Shown: piece after piece, positions 7,998 to 20,700 of the stretch
How the letters are laid out: every line of letters begins with the position of its first letter
Numbering within the stretch: position 1 is the first letter of the stretch
Origin: a virus
Direction: 5' to 3' (one strand)
Virus record (IMG/VR): IMGVR_UViG_3300027734_000038
DNA length: 64,000 bases
Notes under the pieces: model-generated
What the model was told of the DNA's origin: nothing
Database searches by the model: none
What the model saw: the letters and a program-made list of their open reading frames with translations, nothing else
Translations under genes and position numbers: made by a program

Positions 7998-10804
7998 CTA
8001 TTGCTAGCGGCCAAAAAACATCACTATTAATACCATCACAGCTTCCCGAATTTGTTCGGGATGACCCGGCGTATGCTAATTTTGTATTATTTCTACAGGC
8101 ATACTATGAATGGTTGGAACAAAATAATAATGTAGAAGATAGAACAAAGAACATTTTAAATTATACCGATATTGACCAAACATCGGCTGAATTTTTAGAT
8201 TATTTTTATGAAGATTTTCTATCTTATTTTCCTGATGAAATTCTAGCAGACAAACAAAAGGTTGCTAAGATTGCAAGAGACCTTTATCAGTCAAAAGGTA
8301 CACAGGCGGCATATCGTTTTCTTTTCAGAACATTATACAATACTGATGTGGAATTCTTTTATACCAAAGATGCCGTTCTTCGTGCATCATCAGGTAAATG
8401 GTACATTGCAAAAAGTTTAAAATTAGATTCAGATAATGTAAACTTCTTAGATTGTGTCAATTATCGAATCTTTGGTGAAACATCTAAGTCTATTGCAACA
8501 ATTGAAAATGCAATTATTTCTGGTAACAAAATAGAATTATTCATTTCTGATATTCAACGACTGTTTCAGTCTGGTGAATTTGTTCGTGTAGTTGATGTTA
8601 ATAATCAAGATATCTTATTTGATGGTCAACCACTCATCGCAAAAATTGTAGGTCAGATTAGTCAAATTCGTATTAACCCAAATTATCGTGGGTTATTATA
8701 CCAACCAGGTGATCCAGTTATTGTATATGGAGGATTGAATTCGGCTAATGGTGAAGGTGCTACGGCTACTGTAGGTGAAACTACTTCTGGATCAATTCAG
8801 CGTATTAAATTAGAAACTGGAGGTTATGGTTATCGTAGTAATCCAAACACCATTATTACAATATCAAATGCTCCTGGTGCCGTTGCAGTTGTTGGAAGTT
8901 TAAGTCCCTCAGCAAATAGTATTGCTAATGTTACTTTTGTACCAACAGATGTTATTTCTTTAAAACGATTAACACAGATAGGTGCAGCAGATTATGCTTT
9001 CTCTAATGTGGCTTTGGCTAATGCGAACACCACATTGGCCAATGCATTTACATATACTGGATTTTCTGCATTTCCTATTTCTTCTGTTTTAGTAGAAAAC
9101 TCTGGTGGAGGAATTTCTTCTATACCATCAATTGATGCTACCTCACAATACACAACCGATGTGTCGGGTAGTTTAGCTAACTTGAAAAATTTAGGTATTT
9201 TGGCACCAATACAAATTATTTCTGCTGGTCGAGGTTATCAAAACAATGATATTATTCTATTTACTGGTGGCTCTGGGCTAGGCGCCAATGCCAAAGTAAG
9301 TTCTGTAGGAAGTAATGGACAAATATTATCCATTCAATACACATACCCATCACAAAGATTAACATATCCATTAGGTGGATTAGGTTATCGTGGTGATGCT
9401 TTGCCATCTGTAACTGTATCATCTGCCAACGTTGCAGCTGCAAATGCTGTATTGGTAGTTCCTGGAATATTAGGTGATGGAGCAACTTTCTCATCAATTG
9501 TGGATCGTGTTGGTTCAATTACATCAATTAATATTTTAAATGCTGGTGAAGATTATGTAGCTACACCAAATGTTTCACTTAAAATTCAAGACATTGTTGT
9601 AGCCAATTTAACAATTAATACTGTGCCTGTTGCTGGTGATATTGTATATCAAGGTGTAACATTAGCTAACTCAACTTATCAGGCCACAGTAGATTCAACT
9701 TCATTATTAACACCTTTTGGCAATCCATTACAATCACTATACCGTTTAAGAGTATATGGTTATACAGCATCTCCTAATCCAAGTCAAGTTATTCGTATTG
9801 CAAATAGTTCAACCATAATGTCTATGACTGGTGCCTATTCAACCATCAATACTGCAACACGATTTGATTCTACAGGTTTAATTACATATGGTGATGGTAC
9901 TGGTCGTGCAGATGCTTCATTCTTAAATGGTCTGGTAATTAGCCAAGGACAATACCTTGATACAACTGGTCAACCAAGTTCATTTGATGTTCTACAAAGT
10001 GAAATCTATAACAATTTTACATATCAAATTACATTAGAAAAAGAAATTGCAAAGTATAGAGATACATTGCTGAACTTACTACATCCAACTGGTATGAAGG
10101 TCATTGGTCGGTATGCAATGAAATCTAATGATGCAATTGATTTGACTACCGTTTCAGCATTAGACACAGGTTTCCCATTAGGTTATTATACTGGAGATCC
10201 TGGTTCTTATGTGACCATGAGTTCAACATGGACGAATTACAGTAATAATATTGTTAACTTTAAATCACTTGTTGGTGCCAACTTACAAAATATTGTATTA
10301 CCAAATAGTAGTTTGGCCATTACATTGACCAATGGATTCCAAATATTCTCTGAAGTGGCTGAGATTTATGGTAACGGAGCCAACAATGTTGTTCTCAAAG
10401 ATAATGTTTGGTTGACCTATGCAAATGTTGCCTATGTGACAGCAAATGCTGGTAGTAACGTCATAAATATAACATCATTGACAGGTTCTTATAACATTGT
10501 TAACGGTGGCGCTTACAGTAATACACAGTATCCACTTAAAGATATCGTGTTTGCTGGTGATAAAGTGCTGGTAGCCAACAATACTGAAAAAACGGTACAA
10601 AGTGTTAACTGGACTGGTGGTACAGTTACTTTGACCAGTAATTTGGCCAACACAGTTAATTCATTGATGTCGGTACAGAGAACAGTTAATACAACAGATG
10701 TCATTATATACGGACCTGTTGGCCAACAATATTCACCTGAGTTAATTACACAGGATGGAGATACAATTGCAACACAAGATAACAACGTCATTACACTAGG
10801 GTAA
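7994..10804 (+). CDS. gp7: Baseplate wedge initiator gp7-like
   Basis: SQLPEFVRDD...FLQAYYEWLE; Y.SKGT...FLFR.LY; LHPTGMK. Lies after gp6. Confidence 0.8.
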   Translation: MTIASGQKTSLLIPSQLPEFVRDDPAYANFVLFLQAYYEWLEQNNNVEDRTKNILNYTDIDQTSAEFLDYFYEDFLSYFPDEILADKQKVAKIARDLYQSKGTQAAYRFLFRTLYNTDVEFFYTKDAVLRASSGKWYIAKSLKLDSDNVNFLDCVNYRIFGETSKSIATIENAIISGNKIELFISDIQRLFQSGEFVRVVDVNNQDILFDGQPLIAKIVGQISQIRINPNYRGLLYQPGDPVIVYGGLNSANGEGATATVGETTSGSIQRIKLETGGYGYRSNPNTIITISNAPGAVAVVGSLSPSANSIANVTFVPTDVISLKRLTQIGAADYAFSNVALANANTTLANAFTYTGFSAFPISSVLVENSGGGISSIPSIDATSQYTTDVSGSLANLKNLGILAPIQIISAGRGYQNNDIILFTGGSGLGANAKVSSVGSNGQILSIQYTYPSQRLTYPLGGLGYRGDALPSVTVSSANVAAANAVLVVPGILGDGATFSSIVDRVGSITSINILNAGEDYVATPNVSLKIQDIVVANLTINTVPVAGDIVYQGVTLANSTYQATVDSTSLLTPFGNPLQSLYRLRVYGYTASPNPSQVIRIANSSTIMSMTGAYSTINTATRFDSTGLITYGDGTGRADASFLNGLVISQGQYLDTTGQPSSFDVLQSEIYNNFTYQITLEKEIAKYRDTLLNLLHPTGMKVIGRYAMKSNDAIDLTTVSALDTGFPLGYYTGDPGSYVTMSSTWTNYSNNIVNFKSLVGANLQNIVLPNSSLAITLTNGFQIFSEVAEIYGNGANNVVLKDNVWLTYANVAYVTANAGSNVINITSLTGSYNIVNGGAYSNTQYPLKDIVFAGDKVLVANNTEKTVQSVNWTGGTVTLTSNLANTVNSLMSVQRTVNTTDVIIYGPVGQQYSPELITQDGDTIATQDNNVITLG

Positions 10805-10807
10805 CAA

Positions 10808-13384
10808 ATGTCCACAGTAAAAATTACAGACCTGCCAGTCATATCAAGTTTAGATGCCAATACAGGCAACACCATTCTTGTTGGTGTAGATTTATCATCT
10901 GATGTCACAGGAAGAATTTCTGCTACCGTTCTTGCAGACGGCCTGTATGAAAACAAATCTCTTAAAGTTGGTCTACCTGATATTATATTTCCAAATGTGA
11001 TTGCACAATTTGCTGGTTCAGGTAATCCATATCTACAAGTTAATGCACAGAATACTGATAAAAACAGTTCAATAGATTATGTAGCAACTGCTGATATTGG
11101 CACAACTGCCAATAACTTTATTGATATGGGTATGAATAATTCATTATATAATGATCCAAATTTTTCTGCACAAAAAGCCTTAGATGGTTATTTGTATGTT
11201 CACGGTTCAGTCGATTCATCTTCTGATGGTAATTTAATTATTGGTACCGTATCATCTGGTGCCAATGTGGTCTTTGCTGTAGGCGGTCAAAAGTCTGCCA
11301 ATGTTGTGGCTACTATTTCTCGTTATGGTCTTTCAATGAATGGTGCAAGTTACATTAAATTTGCTGATGGTTCTATTCAGTCTGTTGCAGCTGCACCAGC
11401 AAGTTTATCTCAAGGTGCATATAATACCGCCAACTCAGCATCATCTAATACAGTTCTTATTCAAGGTGTCAATGCTACACAGAATACGAACATTACAACA
11501 GCCAACAATCATGCATGGGCAGCATTTACTAAAGCCAATAATGCTTTGGCTAACACATCAGGTACTTTTGCTGGTGATTTAACCATAACTGGCAATTTAA
11601 TAATTAGTAATACTGCAACAATCAACGGAACATTAACTCCGACTCTTAGTGCAAATGGAAATGTATCAGCATACGCATCAAAACATCTTGTAGAATACAA
11701 TCCAACCACAAAAGCACTTACTTACTCTAGCACACCTGATGCATCTAGTCCTTACATAACAGGATATAGTCAAGAAATCCATGTGAGTCCCGTGGCATTT
11801 AATGATAGTGGTAAAGGTACAATTGGTGATCCAGTAAAAACAATTGCTCGAGCAATACAACTAATAGCTCCTGCTTTTGAAACAACATCTGTTAATCAAA
11901 GAAAAACAATTGTTTTACATCCAGGCGATTATGCAGAAAATGTAACAATTAATACTCAGTATACCGTTTTAACCACACATGAGTTAATAGGTAAAAACAC
12001 AACTCTTTCTGGTACTTTAACTCTTACAACAGGTTGTACCGTTGATGGTCTAAAGATGAGCAATCTTGTTATTTCAGGAACTTCTGCAAATGGTTCGGTT
12101 GATATTATTGGTTGCACAGTAACGACTGCGGCAACAAAAACATCATCTGCATATACAAATTTTAGAGGATGTGATTTATCTTCATCTACATTAAGTATTA
12201 CTGGTACTGGTACAGTTGTAATGGTTGGTGGTAATTATTTTAGCGTTACTGTAAATAATGCCGCTGCATCAGTTTTGGCCAAAGCAGTTGTTAGTATGGG
12301 ACCAGTGACGCTGACGGCAGGAACAATGCAGATTTCTGACACGCTGATTTATGCTGCCACTAATATAGCTAATGCCATAACACAAAGTGCTGGATCGGTA
12401 TTAACATTAAATAATAGTCAGACACTAATACCAGACCTTTCAAATGTATCAAGAAACAGTTTTGGTGGATTTTATTCCATACTACATTCTGTTTATGATA
12501 AACCAAACTCTACTTTTGGTGGTACATCACTAAACGCAATTGATTATAGTCAGTATATCAATGCTGATAATTTAAATGTTCAAGGCAACGCAACAGTCAA
12601 TGGCACCGTTGTTCTAGCCAATTCAAACTTCTTAGCAACAGAAGCTGCCTTTAGAATCACCGCATCAGGAAGTTCACAAACTCCAACACAAGCCGGCACA
12701 CTAATGCAATTGACTGGCAAAGCAAACACGCCAGCCAGGATATTGATTGATTCCATTGGTATATCAAATACGGCATATTCTCTTATTGCTGGTAGAACTG
12801 CCAGAGGCACAGTAGGTGCACCAACAGCGACACAGAACAATGATATTCTGTTGCGTATTGCTGGTAACTCATATGGCGATACAGGATATGCACCATTTGG
12901 TGATGCAAGAATCGATTTTGTTGCTACTGAAAATCATTCAGACACAAATCGTGGGTCCAGAATAAGATTTTGGAACACACCAACGGGTTCAAATGTTGTT
13001 AATGAAATTGCTTCATTCAATGGTGATTCTGTAACTTTCACCGGTACTGTGGCACCAGTAAAAGGATTCATTTATACACCAAACATATATCCAAGTGCTC
13101 AAACGGCAGTTACTATAAGCTTTGCAAACGACTCAGTTGTTCGTGCTCAGACTTCAGCAGGCTTGGCTGTAACACTTTCAAATTTTGTTGTAGGTAAATC
13201 AGTTGAAGCTTGGATTACTAATACTGCTGGTGGTGGTCAAACATTTACTCATGGATGTTCTGCAACTAATTCAACAGTTAATTCAACTACATATAGTATT
13301 CCGGCAACATCAACTATTTTTGTAAAATACTGGTGTATGGATGGAACATTAGCAAATACTTTTGTAGCTATTACACACGCTTAA
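10808..13384 (+). CDS. Fibre/tailspike-like virion protein with a probable parallel beta-helix domain
   Basis: N-terminus MSTVKITDLP. Internal IHVSP...GTIGDPVKTIARAI...IVLHPGDYAENVTI resembles the start of a DUF1565/pectin-lyase-like domain. Confidence 0.6.
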   Translation: MSTVKITDLPVISSLDANTGNTILVGVDLSSDVTGRISATVLADGLYENKSLKVGLPDIIFPNVIAQFAGSGNPYLQVNAQNTDKNSSIDYVATADIGTTANNFIDMGMNNSLYNDPNFSAQKALDGYLYVHGSVDSSSDGNLIIGTVSSGANVVFAVGGQKSANVVATISRYGLSMNGASYIKFADGSIQSVAAAPASLSQGAYNTANSASSNTVLIQGVNATQNTNITTANNHAWAAFTKANNALANTSGTFAGDLTITGNLIISNTATINGTLTPTLSANGNVSAYASKHLVEYNPTTKALTYSSTPDASSPYITGYSQEIHVSPVAFNDSGKGTIGDPVKTIARAIQLIAPAFETTSVNQRKTIVLHPGDYAENVTINTQYTVLTTHELIGKNTTLSGTLTLTTGCTVDGLKMSNLVISGTSANGSVDIIGCTVTTAATKTSSAYTNFRGCDLSSSTLSITGTGTVVMVGGNYFSVTVNNAAASVLAKAVVSMGPVTLTAGTMQISDTLIYAATNIANAITQSAGSVLTLNNSQTLIPDLSNVSRNSFGGFYSILHSVYDKPNSTFGGTSLNAIDYSQYINADNLNVQGNATVNGTVVLANSNFLATEAAFRITASGSSQTPTQAGTLMQLTGKANTPARILIDSIGISNTAYSLIAGRTARGTVGAPTATQNNDILLRIAGNSYGDTGYAPFGDARIDFVATENHSDTNRGSRIRFWNTPTGSNVVNEIASFNGDSVTFTGTVAPVKGFIYTPNIYPSAQTAVTISFANDSVVRAQTSAGLAVTLSNFVVGKSVEAWITNTAGGGQTFTHGCSATNSTVNSTTYSIPATSTIFVKYWCMDGTLANTFVAITHA

Positions 13385-13390
13385 TAAATA
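13384..13390 (+). promoter_or_regulatory. Late promoter candidate (ATAAATA)
   Basis: Intergenic, before gp8. Confidence 0.4.
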
Positions 13391-13396
13391 CATACT

Positions 13397-14761
13397 ATGG
13401 CAAATAAAGACCTTCTAACATATAATGCAAAAGTAACTCAAGTTGAGCAGGACTATTTTGCTCCTGTGGCCTCGGTTACTGGTACTACCACACCAGTTAG
13501 CACACTCTATTGTTTTATGTCCCGTGTTTTACCATGGACAAATGATATTGATCCGCCACAACCAACTCAAGACCAAAAATCATTAAAGCAAATTTACAAA
13601 AATATATTTGCCGTTAAAAAAATTAATTCATCAGGTATTAGTCCTGTTATTCAAAGGATTGATTGGGATTCTGGTGAAAAATATGATTATTATCAAGATG
13701 ATGTTGATATGTTTGCACTCAATCCATCAGGCACATTGGTAAAACGATTCTATATTCGTAATCGATATGACCAAGTGTTTAAGTGTTTGTGGAATAACAA
13801 TGATGCTGACTCAACCGATGAACCATTTTTCCAACCAGGTACTTACGGCACCAATAACATTTATAAAGGTGCTGATGGTTATAAGTGGAAGTATATGTAT
13901 ACCATTGATGTGGGTCGTAAAACAACATTTATGGATGCAACTTGGATGCCAGTTCCTGTGGTCAAAACAGCACCATCACCAAACGATACATCATCGGGAT
14001 ATGGTGACATTGAAGTAATCAATGTGGTGACTGGTGGTTCTGGATATGATCCAGCAAACTCTGTTGTTAATCTTATTATTACTGGTGATGGAACCGGCAC
14101 CACAGGTACTATCTCAACTTCTAATGGTATCATTACTGATATTGTTGTAACCAATCCAGGATCCGATTACACTTTTGCAAATGTGTCTGTGACTTCAGCA
14201 GCAGGTTCAAACGCAACCTTCATCGCTCCTGTCAGTCCTATTGGCGGTCATGGTTACGATTCTGTATCTGAATTGGGTTGTTCTCATGTAATGGTGACTG
14301 CTGAATTTAATGGCAGTGAAGATGGATTAATACCAACAGACATCGATTTCAGGCAAGTTGGTTTGTTGGTCAATCCTACTGCACTTAGTACCTACCCCAA
14401 TCCAGCCAACGGCAGCATTTATAAGACTTCAACTGACTTTGTAGTGGCACCTGGATTTGGTAGTTATACTTCTGATGAAGTTGTTTATCAAGGTTCTTCT
14501 GCAAATACCGCAACATTTACTGGTACTGTATTAAGCTTTGATGCAGGATCCAATGTATTACGCTTGATAAATACATCAGGTACACAAACACTCAATGCAC
14601 CAATTTTTGGTGCTTCGTCATCAACAGCAAGAACAGTATTAAGTGTTAGCACCCCAGATTTTATTACTTTCTCCGGATTCATGACATATATTGAAAATAG
14701 AGAAAGTATTCAGAGAAGTGCAGACGGAATAGAACAATTTAAATTTGTATTAGGATACTAA
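13397..14761 (+). CDS. gp8: Baseplate wedge protein gp8
   Basis: RIDWDSG..YD.Y; VFKCLWNN; DGYKWKYMYTI; DFRQVGLL.NP; YIENR..I.RS.D..EQFK.VL.Y. Confidence 0.9.
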   Translation: MANKDLLTYNAKVTQVEQDYFAPVASVTGTTTPVSTLYCFMSRVLPWTNDIDPPQPTQDQKSLKQIYKNIFAVKKINSSGISPVIQRIDWDSGEKYDYYQDDVDMFALNPSGTLVKRFYIRNRYDQVFKCLWNNNDADSTDEPFFQPGTYGTNNIYKGADGYKWKYMYTIDVGRKTTFMDATWMPVPVVKTAPSPNDTSSGYGDIEVINVVTGGSGYDPANSVVNLIITGDGTGTTGTISTSNGIITDIVVTNPGSDYTFANVSVTSAAGSNATFIAPVSPIGGHGYDSVSELGCSHVMVTAEFNGSEDGLIPTDIDFRQVGLLVNPTALSTYPNPANGSIYKTSTDFVVAPGFGSYTSDEVVYQGSSANTATFTGTVLSFDAGSNVLRLINTSGTQTLNAPIFGASSSTARTVLSVSTPDFITFSGFMTYIENRESIQRSADGIEQFKFVLGY

Positions 14762-14764
14762 AAA

Positions 14765-17700
14765 ATGCCGCTTAATTTTAATGTTGAACCATATTATGAT
14801 GACTTTGATCCTGCCAAAAATTATCACAGGATCCTATTCAAACCTGGTTTTGCCGTTCAAGCTCGTGAACTAACACAATCACAGACTATTCTACAAGACC
14901 AAGTTACTAAATTTGCTGACAACATTTTTAAACAGAATACACCTGTAACTGGCGGACAATTAACAACCAATTTTCAATGTAGTTATATTAAACTACAAGA
15001 AACTTATAATAATGCAGCCATTAATGTTGATGAATTTAACAATAAAGTTATTCAAAATGCTTCTGGTTCAGTATTAGCCAAAGTTATTGCAGTTGTTGAA
15101 GCCACCGGTACAGGCGGTGCTGGTGATCCACCTACATTAATTGTTTCGTATAAATCAGGTGAACAGTTTCAAAGCAATGATGTTATCTATGACAATGGAT
15201 CCAATCTGGCTGCACAAGCCATCAGCGCTAATGCTACAGGTTTAAGTTCAGCAGTTTCAATTGCACAAGGTGTGTTCTATGTTTCAGACAACTACACAAG
15301 GTCTGATGGTATTACAATTTCTACTGGTGCATTTGTTCAAGTTAATCCTCAAACAATTGTTGTTGACAAATATGACAACACACCAACAAATCGTGTTGGT
15401 TTAAATATTACAGAAACAATTGTTGATTATGTTAATGATCCTTCTTTATTAGATCCTGCTATTGGTGCTTCTAACTATCAGGCGCCTGGTGCTGACCGAT
15501 ATAAAATTACTTTAACATTAGAAAGTCGTTCACTATCATTTGGTGACGATGATAGCTTTATTGAATTACTTCGTGTTGAAAATGGTCAGACTGTCAAGTT
15601 GGTTAATGAAACAGTTTACAATGTAATTGATGATTACTTTGCCAAGCGTACCAATGACACTAATGGTGACTTCATTGTTAATGATTATAATTTGACACCA
15701 AAAGCCAATACAGTTAATTCTGCCGAATATGATTTAGGTATTTCAAAAGGTATTTCTTATGTTCGTGGATATCGTTTAGAAAATCAATCTGATGTAACCC
15801 TAACAAACGACCGAGCAAGATTACAATCTGATGTAACCAACAATCCAACTTTTGTTGACTATGGTAACTATTTCTATGTCAATTCAGCCAATGGTGTATT
15901 TGATGTTACAACTTCGCCTCAAATTGATTTTCACACAGTAGACAAAACAGCTATCGTAACAACAAATCAATCATCATACAATTCTACTCGTGCAGCTACA
16001 GCTTATATTCGTAGCATGGTGTATGATAGCACATCAAACACAGCCAATGGTTCTGCATATGTTTATAAGGCGTATGTTTACAATATTCAAAATCAAACAT
16101 TATCAGCCAATGTTTCACAAATTGCACCAGTCAATGCAAACAATAGTTATATAAGATTGCCTAGTACCAATCAGTTTTCAAATGTGGCCAATGCCTATAC
16201 TGGAGTAACAGTCAGTATTGATTCAGGTACTTCTGCTGGTGATTTCAGAACAATTACAACCTACGATGCAGCTGCTAAAATTGCATATGTTGACCAACCA
16301 TTTACTGTAACATTGGCCAACAACTCGGTGTTTACTCTCCGTTTTGATACTACTGACTTTGAAACAATGATTAAGAGTACCTCTGGTACACCTTATTCTA
16401 TTACAGCCAATGCTGCAATTAATAATTTAAATAAAGTAAACAATGTTGCAGAAGGTGATGTTGTTTTACAAAACCCAAATGCACCAGAACTATTGTTTAC
16501 AATTGGTAACCCTTTTGTATCGTATGCAAACAATTCTTCATACACCACATCACAGGTGTTCCGTAATGTTTCGTTCACAACATCAGGCGGAAACATTGTT
16601 GCTCAACTAACATTTGGTTCTGCACCTACATCAACACTTCGTTTCTTAGGTAACGGCACATTATCATCTGATGCTGTGTCACAAAACTTTCAAATTATTG
16701 TTACTAATCCATTATCAAGTGGATTAAGAGTTGGTCAATTGTTACCATGGAATCAAGGTAGTAGAACTTGTGCAATCACAGGTTCAGGTGGTACAGCTAC
16801 ATTCACAACACCAACATCTGATTTAGGTCCATTCACCGCAACAATCATTGCTAAGGCTTTTGTTAGTAATGGTAATGACACTAACTTTGTATTGAAAGCC
16901 AAAAATCTGGTTGAAGGTAATACAACAGGCGTAAACATTACAGGCACAACTGTTGAAACATATACCAAAGTTGATTTAACAAATGGTCAAGTGTATGTTG
17001 CAAATACTGGAATTGTTGCTCCTGGTCAACCACAAAAACTATACATTACAGATGCAAAACGTATAGTTAAAATTATTGATACAAAATCTCCTGGCACAGC
17101 TGCAACAAATGCCATGTTGACCAATCCAATCTATGATGTTACATCTAGATTCACATTTGATAATGGTCAACGAGATTCATACTATGACTTCGCTAGTATT
17201 ACATTAGGCGTGGGTCAACCACAAATTGATGGTAATTTATTGGTTATATTAGATTACTATTCGACCACTGGTGGTGACGGATACTATTCTGTCATGTCTT
17301 ATTTGTCACCAGTATCATCTGCACCAGAGAGTTATGCTGAGATTCCATCTTACATGGCTTCTAGTGGCAATTACTATCAGTTAAGAGATTCTTTGGACTT
17401 TAGACCATCATTAATTAATGCTCAGAGTTCATTTATAATCCGGACTTCAAGTTCTGGTTCAGGTGCAGCAGGCGCATATATTCCTGTAGATTTAACTGAA
17501 TTTGAATCTGATTATGGATTCTATCTTGGTCGTTTTGACAAATTAGTATTAAGTAAAGACCGTGCATTTGAAATTGTTCAAGGCACACCATCGACCAATC
17601 CAATTCTACCAATTGAACCAGATGGTTCGTTGGTGATTGCAAATCTTTACCACGACCCATACACCGCATATATTCCAGGTGAAGCCACAGGTGTATTGCC

Positions 17701-20700
17701 AAGTTTATCTATTGAGCGTGTTAAACACAAGCGTTGGTTGATGCGTGATATTTCTGATTTAGAAACTCGTGTTAACAATATTGAATACTACACAGCACTC
17801 AATATGTTAGAAAAAGGTGCATCTTCTTTACAGATTCCTGATGGTAACGGATTAAATCGTTTCAAAAATGGTATTTTAGTTGATGACTTCTCTAGTTATG
17901 CTGCAGCTGATACTGCTAGTTCCGATTATTTGGCAACAATCAATCGTAGAACAAAACAGATGACTGCATCACAAGATGTGCAAAACTTCCCATTGCAATC
18001 ATTGTCACTAGTATATAATATGGGCCAGTTGGATGCTACAAGTGCAAACAATCTTGGTTATAATATTTCTCAGAGCTCTACATCAAACTTCTTTACATTA
18101 CCATACTCCACATCTAATGTGGTAACACAAAGAATTGCTTCACGCACAGTTAATTTAAACCCATTCTCTGTATCATTGAATTCTGGTGTATTAACACTCA
18201 GTCCTCCAATGGACAATTGGGTTGATACACAAAAATCACCTGACCTGTTGATTGTAGATCCAAATTTACAAGTATATCGTGCAAGTGACCAAGTTAATGT
18301 GTTACAAGTAGGTGATTGGAAAACAACTGTTGCAACATCAACCGATAATGTGGTTGCGGCTGGTCGTAACTGGCGTGTCAATCAGGTTACCACATATACA
18401 ACAGAACAACAAAAGGTTGTGTTAGGTAACTACGACAAACTTAATTCGAGTTATGTTGAAACTGCTGGTTTCATTACTGATGTTAGTATTTTGCCATATA
18501 TCCGTTCACAATTCTTATTCTTTAACACTTATGGTCTAACAGTTAATACCAATGTTAATGCGTATTTTGATGGTGTAAGTGTTAATAAGTATGTTCGCAA
18601 ACCAAATATCATTGAATTGACCGGTGTAACTGGTTCATTTAAAGACGGTGATATTATTGGTTATTATTCTGCTGGTAATTTTAGACCTGCTGCCAAAGTT
18701 GTTTCTTACTATGTTAATCCAGCTGCCAATACAACTGCTCGCCTCTATGTTGTTGGTGATATTGTTGGTCAAACATTTACTGCGGGTGGCGTATTACAAA
18801 ATGCTCAATTTAATGCTGCTGGTCAATATCAGTCAACTACAGCACAAGGAACCATTGCATCGTTTAGACATAACTCTGGTCAAGTCGTTAATGCCAATAC
18901 ATCAACATCTATTACATTAGGTGCCACAGCATCTACAACTGATATCTATACAGGTAACACAATTTATATTATTAATGGCACGGGTGTTGGCCAATCTGCA
19001 ACTATTACTGCATACAATGGTGCAACTAAGTTGGCAAACCTAAGTTCTTCTATTACAACTGCCAATGGCGACATCTATTCAATTGGTACAATGAAAACCA
19101 ATGAAGCGGGTATGATTTCGGGTATCTTTGCATTACCAGGCGGAGTATTCCATACAGGTCAAAGAACATTTAGAGTTGATAACTCAATTGGTGGTAATAT
19201 TAGTTCTGCACAGACTTTTGCAGAGGCCACATTCTATGCTTCTGGTTTACAACAGACTAAACAAGGTGTAAACTATGCATCTTCAATTGACTCTGCCAAG
19301 AATACTTTCACACAAAGTAATGAAAGAACCAACATCACTTCTTATACTTACACAACAGTATGGGATCCAGTTGCACAAACATTTATTATTGATAAAGAAA
19401 ACTATCCAAATGGTGTCTTTGTTGATTCAATTAAATTATTCTTTGCAACAAAAGCTGATGAGTTCTCACCAGTAACATTGTCTATTGTTGGTACACTAAA
19501 CGGATATCCAAATGGTGAAACATTGGATAATTCTCAAGTTACATTGACATCAGAGAATATTAATGTATCAAGCAATCCACATTATTTGGATCCTACCACA
19601 TATACTGTGTTTAAGTTCCCAGCACCAGTATATTTGGAATCTAACAAATTATATGCTGTTATTGTAAAATGTCCAACATCTAATGATTACACAATTTATA
19701 CTGCACAAAATGGTGACACAGCAATTTCATCTTCTGTTAAGAATTTGCCAAGTGACCCAACACCAACAACAATAACAAAGATTAACTCTGCACCATATGT
19801 TGGTTCATTATTCTTATCACAGAATTCACAAACATGGACTGCGGATCAAAACGAATCAATGATGTTTACAATGGATCGTTGTGTGTTCTCTGTTGGCACT
19901 CAACCTACATTACAGTTTGTAGTGCCAAATCGTTTACCATATCGTAAATTAACAGAACAAGATATTTCATACTATCTAAGTCCAAACACGATTAATACAT
20001 CCATCTCCTCGGCAGCCAATACTAATGTGGTCGTTGATGCATTTAATATTTCAACATCTGACTTTGTGCCGGGTAGCACATCACTCAGTTACACATATGG
20101 TGCCACATTAAATTCAACTAAGACAGCTGCACCAACACAGTCAGTTACTCCTGGTAAATATGGTACACCAATGTATGATGACATCTATCTAAATGATGGA
20201 TTAGGTGAGCGTGTATTGGCAGCTAACTCTAATACATCATTCTCATTGTATGCTAACATGACCACAGTAGATGATGCTGTGTCACCAATGATTTCAGATG
20301 ATGGATTAGGTGTATATACTATCACATGGAACATTAATAACTTAGAGTTATCTAATAGTATGATTACTGTGGCCAATGGTGGTTCTGGTTACAATGTCAA
20401 TACAACTTCCGTAACCATTACATCTAATACAGGTACTGGTGCAACAGCAACTGCCAATGTAGTTGGTGGAATAATTAAGAACATTTATATTACAAATGGT
20501 GGTTCTGGTTATGCAACAACACCAGTGATTACAGTTGCAGATGCCAACTCCTCACCAGGAATTGGTGCAACAGTTACAGTAGCAGGCGAAACATCACCAG
20601 CTGGTGGTAACGGCCAAACACGATACATTACTAAGAAAGTTATTTTGGATCAAGGATTTGATTCAGGTGATTTACGAGTATACTTTACTGCTTATCGTCC

